64,000 nt of DNA from Bacteroidia bacterium. Its GTDB lineage: Bacteria; Bacteroidota; Bacteroidia; M30B66. The translations under genes and the position numbers were made by a program. Below the pieces are notes generated by a model, which saw only the letters and a list, made by a program, of their open reading frames with translations, ran no database searches and was not told the DNA's origin. The DNA is taken from NCBI GenBank assembly GCA_965279035.1, contig OZ257142.1:2336001-2400000 (forward strand), in the 5' to 3' direction. This document shows, piece after piece, positions 60,601 through 64,000 of the stretch (the stretch's first letter is position 1; each line of letters starts with the position of its first letter).

Positions 60601-63443
60601 AGTGATCCAATAACATTATCAGGCCCATTTAATATTAAATTATGAGTTGTATTGGTCATATTAATATCACCAGCACCGGATAAAGAATTCGAAACAGTAA
60701 TTGTTCTAGCAGTTGTAATTCCGAATACGAGTGAACCTGAAGAAACAGATAGATCACTAGTAGTAAATCCATTGCTTGTTAATGTCAGTGTTGAGCCTGG
60801 TTTATTTACTATTACTTGAGTAAATACAGGAACTGAAACATTAAACATTGTTGCTGCAGTATTACCTCCAAATGTTTGAATACCAGAAATAACTAATGTA
60901 CCTGAAGCAAAATTGAAATTACCATTTACTGCTATGTCGGCCATGGTTTTAACACCTGCAGCAGTAAATCCAATATGATAGTACGTTGCAGTTTTTATTG
61001 ATTGTGCTGCTCCACTGTAATTGAATGTATTACCAGCCGCCGAAACGGTGAAGTTTCCAGCTGTATTCATAGGCGCTAATGCACCTTGATAATTAGTTAG
61101 TGCATTGGCACTATTGATAAATTCAGAAGCACCTGAAATTCCATCAAGATTTCCTCGAATGACCAAACCACCCGCAGTTGTAATTGTATTAGTTAAAACA
61201 ATTCCTGCATCAATATCAATTTCCCCAATGCTAATTGAAGCACTTGTTCCACTAATTGATTGGTTATTATTTTTGAAAGTACTTAATGCAACTGCCGGTA
61301 GATTTAAAGTACCATTGGCAACAATTCCATTATAAAATTCAAATGAATGTGCTGTTGCTGCAGTTGAAGAAAATGTAGCACCAGAATTAATTGTTACAAC
61401 CGTAGAGAATATATCTAAACCGCTCGCATTATTATCGGTTAATGTTCCATTTAAGGTTAATACTCCGTTTTGAGTAAAATTACCACTTGTAATGGTTAAA
61501 GTAATTCCAGAATTAATTGTTAAAGCATCTGCAATTGTTGTCGCACCTGCATTCAATGTTTTTATGTTTGAACCTGAAAGAATAAGTGTAGAATAACTTA
61601 TTCCAGGAATAGATTGTGCAGCACCAGTGAAATTAACTGTATTGGTTGAAGCTGATGCAGTTAAGAATCCTGCTGTTACAAATGGTAATGCTGAATTGTT
61701 ATAATTCAATATAGATCCATTAGCATTTATCCAATTTGAAGCAGCATTTGCACCATTTAATGCACCTGTTAAACTAGCTGTACCATTGTTTGTAAATACA
61801 ACACTATTGGCTAACGTAGTTGATCCAGAAACAGTTAAACTTTTTCCTGATGCTATGTCACTCAATGCATTCAGTGCTAAATTTCCCGAAAATGTTAGTA
61901 AAGGACTTACAGAAAAAGTGGTTGAACCATTAACAGCGATAGCTCCTGCCATCGTGATAGATGTTGAACTGCTGAATGTATTTGTATTGGTAAATGTTAC
62001 TGCACCTGTACCTGTTTGTGAAAACGTTCCAGCATTATTAATTCCACCTAGGAATTCAAGAGGGCTTGTTGATGCACTACTAAAAGTTCCACCAGAATTT
62101 ACGGTAAGTAATCCAATATAGATATCTGAACCAGCAGCTGTTCCATCAGTAATAGAACCGCCCGTTAATATGGTTGTTGTTCCATTGGTAGTGAAATTTC
62201 CAGCTCCTAAGTTGAGTGCAGCAGAAACACTTGTATTACCTGTTACACTGATGGATGCAGTTGCAGCACCAACCGAAATGCTTGCATTATTTGTTAAAGA
62301 ACCTAATGTTATAGCATTGCTTCCAGAAATGGTTGTAGCACCATTTACTATTACAGAACCTGCAAAACTAATTGCAGCATTTGCTGTAATGGTTGAAGTA
62401 TTAGTAAATGTTACATTTCCAATTCCAGCTTGATTTAAAGTCCCTGCATTGGTTAGTCCAGCACGAAATTCTAAAGTTGAATTTCCTGCACACGTAAATG
62501 ACCCACCTGCATTTACATTGACCAATCCAACAAAAACATTAGCACCAGCATCATTTGCATCAGTGATAGATCCAGTTCCTGTAACTGTTGTTGTCCCTGT
62601 ATTGGTGAAATTTCCAGCACCTAAATTCAATGATCCTGAAATGGAACTTGTTCCAGTAATATTGAATGTTGTTGTTGAAGCACCAACACTTATGCTTGAA
62701 GGTAAAATCAAACTAGCAAACGTAATGGTAGATGTACCTGCAATGGAAGTTGCTCCATTCACTGTTACTGCCCCTCCAAAACTAATGGAATTGTTTGCAG
62801 TTAGTGAATTTGCATTTGTCAATGTAACTGCACCGGTTCCAACTTGAGTAAATGTTCCAGAATTTACAATTCCTCCTCTAAATTCAATTGGAGAATTAGC
62901 AGCAGAACTGAATGTACCTCCAGAATTAACTGTTAGCAATCCGATGTAAATATTCGTACCTGAATTATTACCATCAGATATAGTTCCTCCAGAATTAATT
63001 GTTGAAGTTCCTGAGCAAGTATAACTGCTGGCTCCTAAGGCTAAAGTACCAGCAATCGTGCTGTTACCCGAAATAGCTATTGCTCCAGTTGCCGCACCTA
63101 CGTTTATCGTTCCATTAACAACCAAGTCGCCACTTGCGCTTAGTGTATTTGTGCCCGACATGGTTAGTACTTTCCCCGAATTAATCGTTAAATTAATCAT
63201 CGATGCAGCGGCATTCACCGAAACTGGACCATCGATTATAACCGACTTTGTAGAAGTAGGAATTACACCACCAACCCAGGTTGAAGTGCTATTCCAATTT
63301 CCACCGGTTGTAGTACTACTAATGGTTTGAGCATTAATACTGAATGCAAGCAATAGAGAAAAGAACAGCAAAGCCCAAAGCTTCCTATTCTTTATATAAT
63401 AATTGCTTTTGTTTTCTTTAAAACTAGTAGAAGTCTTCATCAT
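51675..63443 (-). CDS. Giant (3922 aa) T9SS-secreted beta-helix-rich surface protein / adhesin
   Basis: Signal ending INAQ, recurrent G(N/D)W....(T/S)W modules, G/N/T/S-rich beta-helical repeats, LPISLVSF Ig domain and MPNP...GAYHL T9SS CTD. Confidence 0.88.
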   Translation of the reverse strand: MMKTSTSFKENKSNYYIKNRKLWALLFFSLLLAFSINAQTISSTTTGGNWNSTSTWVGGVIPTSTKSVIIDGPVSVNAAASMINLTINSGKVLTMSGTNTLSASGDLVVNGTINVGAATGAIAISGNSTIAGTLALGASSYTCSGTSTINSGGTISDGNNSGTNIYIGLLTVNSGGTFSSAANSPIEFRGGIVNSGTFTQVGTGAVTLTNANSLTANNSISFGGAVTVNGATSIAGTSTITFASLILPSSISVGASTTTFNITGTSSISGSLNLGAGNFTNTGTTTVTGTGSITDANDAGANVFVGLVNVNAGGSFTCAGNSTLEFRAGLTNAGTLNQAGIGNVTFTNTSTITANAAISFAGSVIVNGATTISGSNAITLGSLTNNASISVGAATASISVTGNTSVSAALNLGAGNFTTNGTTTILTGGSITDGTAAGSDIYIGLLTVNSGGTFSSASTSPLEFLGGINNAGTFSQTGTGAVTFTNTNTFSSSTSITMAGAIAVNGSTTFSVSPLLTFSGNLALNALSDIASGKSLTVSGSTTLANSVVFTNNGTASLTGALNGANAASNWINANGSILNYNNSALPFVTAGFLTASASTNTVNFTGAAQSIPGISYSTLILSGSNIKTLNAGATTIADALTINSGITLTITSGNFTQNGVLTLNGTLTDNNASGLDIFSTVVTINSGATFSSTAATAHSFEFYNGIVANGTLNLPAVALSTFKNNNQSISGTSASISIGEIDIDAGIVLTNTITTAGGLVIRGNLDGISGASEFINSANALTNYQGALAPMNTAGNFTVSAAGNTFNYSGAAQSIKTATYYHIGFTAAGVKTMADIAVNGNFNFASGTLVISGIQTFGGNTAATMFNVSVPVFTQVIVNKPGSTLTLTSNGFTTSDLSVSSGSLVFGITTARTITVSNSLSGAGDINMTNTTHNLILNGPDNVIGSLTTDANNSSVTYTRNGDQSIFNSVSYRNLVLGGSGIKSIIGGVRVLNSLTMSAAGNYYLNLGNNDFKISSAATLTGTFSATRYIITGGTGVLIKEGTTTAQLRTSMNTNGLFPVGSGGYYTPYQLNSLTGTIVGTSSISIRAVASRQPNVPYFNNALTKYWEIETANITVTSANAQFSFNASEVIGSVAGYVPRVWDGLTLSAGSGGSTPSTPGSNPFFVNNNTFLAGSWTAVDPTIRAALYSYQSGDWSSANTWTTDPSGNTLVSPMVPGAGDQVIILNGRTVTTSVSRTVGSVTINSGGVLDLGASTGHSFGPIAGEGRMRLTTTSLPSGNYLSFVSSTGGTIEYYNLGASPVTLSTTQTTYNNLEINNSTASNTVTILNSDLVVNGNFSLNKTGSANNTFTIGSAATSRTLTFNKNISLTSGSFWNIGSFNAIHTINVYGNLINSGSIDFTNAADYTAPTTGAANIYFFGINANTALTCNAGSTTTLYGFQSTKATGYELSVTAAATATLNFVSDGNTFVANNNGILRFGNNITIPRMIGNGGGNYDLGSPSSLPVLWIDGASITYNASGAIVPYGTLKITSGTLTCQAGQGGIVIRESGLILIQGGTVNARMIRTSVTAATHRGTYIQSGGTVTLSGDNGAEQGYYAVFSLPYNENVFKMSGGILNITRANTVGAFCPNGGIMIGSLAQNIDVIGGTVNINISGNNGFDISSRAPFWDLNIAKTITGTGAVRIAPITWSYSGNIANQSTLPAYPLTVLNDLNLVTSTYSGALNANGYDVICSGNYTIQNGTTYTTGLNTTMFNGTSNQVFTVSGSIGTGLNNLTVDKSGTTLTFAGTASTIASNGNLSILAGTLADGGKTLSFKGNIINSGVHSGTGKIQLNSSTSSQSISGSGTGIFQNLDISNTNGSAGSVQVNMLDPMTITGVFNMATDRLFNIANYQLTFTASGSITSSPGTFSSNRFIKTSGFLSDGGLKKTYSVASTSFTFQFGTGTSYTPAIVTFTAAPVTWGTLDLRPVTARQLYVTNIDCFNYYWKVNQTGFTGIPAGTTNLWFNYGNLADNTTYIPGYYNFQSISYTTINNVNAVDETFNVIYFNNFNFLEGDYTAGIPAAFGTVVPYYSRTSGNWNTASTWSNSGFGGTASATIPTASVPVFIGDGNTYNHTVAVTSNATVSGSLLIGAGSTLDLGTTTGNNFGALPYSTAGGSGKIKISSASSTAEFPAGDFGLFFQNNGGTTEYYTTAGNYTIPTVTASPTSMNIQSYKNLIVAPTSSYQITLPNSDLDIYQNITVNGANTTSDVAVNDASSKTMNILGDLIVNGGRFRFKNSFAQTINLTGNLTIASGALVDVSSSGSIVHSLNIYGNLTNNGTLDLNNASDVSLSLLGTLPANILGTNVSAVTDLYNLIINKGNSQTIVVDASLLGTLTATNDNWLSITNGTFRFSKGSTITLTSGSDVSYTIPSNGKLSVNNAAAIVNVGQNNTGGSDLIIAGGLEIIDGTVNVGASAYSSHNDIEYSPTDFPSISVKNNGVLNVNGQIRRSVYALQGALTYSQSDNSTVLVRGKNPDASGSFNLDRAKFEILNDGSSFSMSGNSLLIIDKTGLASNMFGDIYLNPASYSITGGEVRIGTGNTGAAMNFDMTSTSPFWNFTVDGTTTSKTLNNLTNPTTFLNNLTIDGNSIFKANGLDITVNGNIINRNSNASTGISVGGYQAGTNAQTTYLTGSTSNQSITGVTGNILNFANLVISNTYPTGGINLTASVSNVRVNGSLTMNSGSLNILDNTFTSVGNILTNVNSTTTTGNFVLGGTSAQIISGNGNASFQNVNMLNAAGVELTAPLTINGNLNFTTGLFYINNYLLTLGVNASISGTLNTSNMIRVNGVISDAGVKKLYPASASNFTFPIGTTLKYTPATINLTSNSIAGTITVLPISVKHPATTDPLNLELTYYWSVNSTGLSPSVTATHIYNYHPNDAINGDETQYRAGRYFNNQWTPINGIAGAVNAATDKITLTAVNYIKGDFTAGESTEFGAIQTYFSRNATLGGNWSDLNSWSTDATLQHAGPPCTTAPSSNNFVIAAGHTINCQVSDINLQSPVAVINGTLNLNSTSGHNFGVVSGTGTVRLTPNGVNQFIFPGGDFSVFTSNTGGEIEYSSTVSSLLPLQSTYNHIKFSGAGTKSLANVNLLINGDVTINAGSVSNASNRNLTLLGNWTNSVGLSGYVPGTGMFMLSGANQNITGSTNFYHLNTSTAGIKTLYSSIYVNNKLTLGQGIFSTGNNELVMTVSSTVIGGSTSSYVNGNLRKYLPAGTLTSLFEIGDNNYYTPAEITFQGSILGSGNILARTDAGDHANIYLSGINDLKSCNRTWTLTPTSLSGYTGISMKLNFNTADLDVSANLLSFTGGYYTGSTWMIASSATPQLNYTQLTGLTGLGVFQLGEAINGIIWTGATSTAWNNANNWLPNTIPGSNDNIVIGLVSNQPNLTTGADGLGKNLTLYSGTTVTIGSGKTVNINGAITSTNASILGSGTLNINSTSGALDGNLIVSSHLAVASGAIFSMHSGADLELGRDFTVQGQFFPGSESVTFFGSQSSSINSLARVIFNNLIINKADPTLALILNENIQVNGTLSMLSGDIDLTTKILDLSSSGNVIGETNSNRIFGTTGTITLQRAINAPNALNVGGLGAEITSTENFGTTTIIRGNQQQVYNAGFGMNRYYEIHPTNNSNLDATLKFNYYDDELNTQLGSILETEIDLWRFDGAYWNVQFATLDALNNQLVKTNIPQFSTWTGGSKTNNALPISLVSFDGICNGSMINLNWSTASELNNKLFFLEESPDAKQWLTVKTVQGAGNSTTNKNYSETVSSNYSEGSYYRLTQVDFNGNSRTFDPIFVNCEKSLSNEVSIMPNPAVDIANVTIQASEAMEVNMNLFSSSGQILFSQKVRMSKGSNVVKLDVSALPPGAYHLNISNDKKIELTGSRSIIKR

Positions 63444-63643
63444 GCTAAATGATTAATCCTTGTAAATAAAATTGATTGTGGAGCAATTGATAAAATGTAT
63501 TTCTCTGCTTGAGCAGGTATACCATAGTAAAAGGGCTGCATCACCAATGCTTTCGACATGGGGAAACAGCCTTTAACTTTCTCAATTCGTTGTGAAATGA
63601 GATTGGAGTTTGTGAAATACGGGGCAGTGTAAATTTTAACCAT
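63440..63643 (-). CDS. Possible 67-aa leader ORF coupled (ATGA overlap) to the giant gene
   Basis: ATG start and stop overlapping the giant gene's ATG. No recognisable domain. Confidence 0.3.
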   Translation of the reverse strand: MVKIYTAPYFTNSNLISQRIEKVKGCFPMSKALVMQPFYYGIPAQAEKYILSIAPQSILFTRINHLA

Positions 63644-64000
63644 AGCTTTTCAATCATTAATGCACCATTCTACTTCTATAAGAGTGAAATGGTTTTGTGT
63701 ACTTAATGAAAGAACTTACTAGTTAAAACCTAATATATTATAGGATTGAAATAAGAGAAAAGTGATTCTTATGTATTAAATATCAGATCGATACAATTTT
63801 TATTATTGAAATTAGAATTTAAAAAATCAACTAAATAGTATTTCAAATTACATCATAGTTCAATATGATCCCAATCGATTAAAATCAAATTCATAAAACA
63901 GATATGGATTCAAAAAAATACAATTCAACTTACTTGAAATTCAAAATTGAATTATCAAGTTTGAATGAAATAGAGCAAGAAATTTTTCTATAAATTGGAG

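Noticed and set aside
61105-63330. Several plus-strand ORFs of 76-132 aa
   Set aside because: Antisense to the 3922-aa gene and explained by its codon bias.
63529-63574. Possible c-di-GMP-I riboswitch (GAAA-capped stem)
   Set aside because: Lacks the GGCAAAC...GACGCAAA core and a P3 stem with tetraloop receptor; kept only as a generic attenuator candidate.
63700-64000. Recurrent TTCAA/TTGAA words in the AT-rich window end
   Set aside because: No regular spacing; compatible with low-complexity AT-rich intergenic DNA.

Overview
AT-rich chromosomal window from a Bacteroidota bacterium (TAnnTTTG -7 promoter boxes, T9SS C-terminal sorting domains, archaeal/eukaryote-type ProRS). The first 11 kb hold a complete clade II (Sec/lipoprotein-type) nitrous oxide reductase cluster on the minus strand: cytochrome c, nosZ, a nosB-like/nosL fusion, nosD, nosF, nosY, a cupin and a group III truncated globin. 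A fasciclin lipoprotein and a Crp/Fnr regulator lie upstream, separated from the cluster by a divergent tryptophanase. Three TTATGA-N6-TCAYAR palindromes mark a probable local Crp/Fnr regulon. The middle region (12-41 kb) is mostly housekeeping (pdhB, hppA, fabG, trpG-like, prfC, ndk, PNP, lpxK, Nif3-like, proS). It also carries an intact IS3-family element inserted in a 7-bp-period repeat array, a GC-rich structured intergenic RNA-like element, a membrane pyrophosphatase with a 14-Cys tail, and a Q/N/Y-repeat prion-like lipoprotein co-transcribed with a FadL/OmpP1-type barrel. The last 22 kb encode two giant tandem T9SS-secreted surface proteins (3288 and 3922 aa) with paralogous C-termini and structured 5' leaders. 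No rRNA, tRNA or CRISPR array was seen. All calls are from motif recognition by eye; no searches were run.
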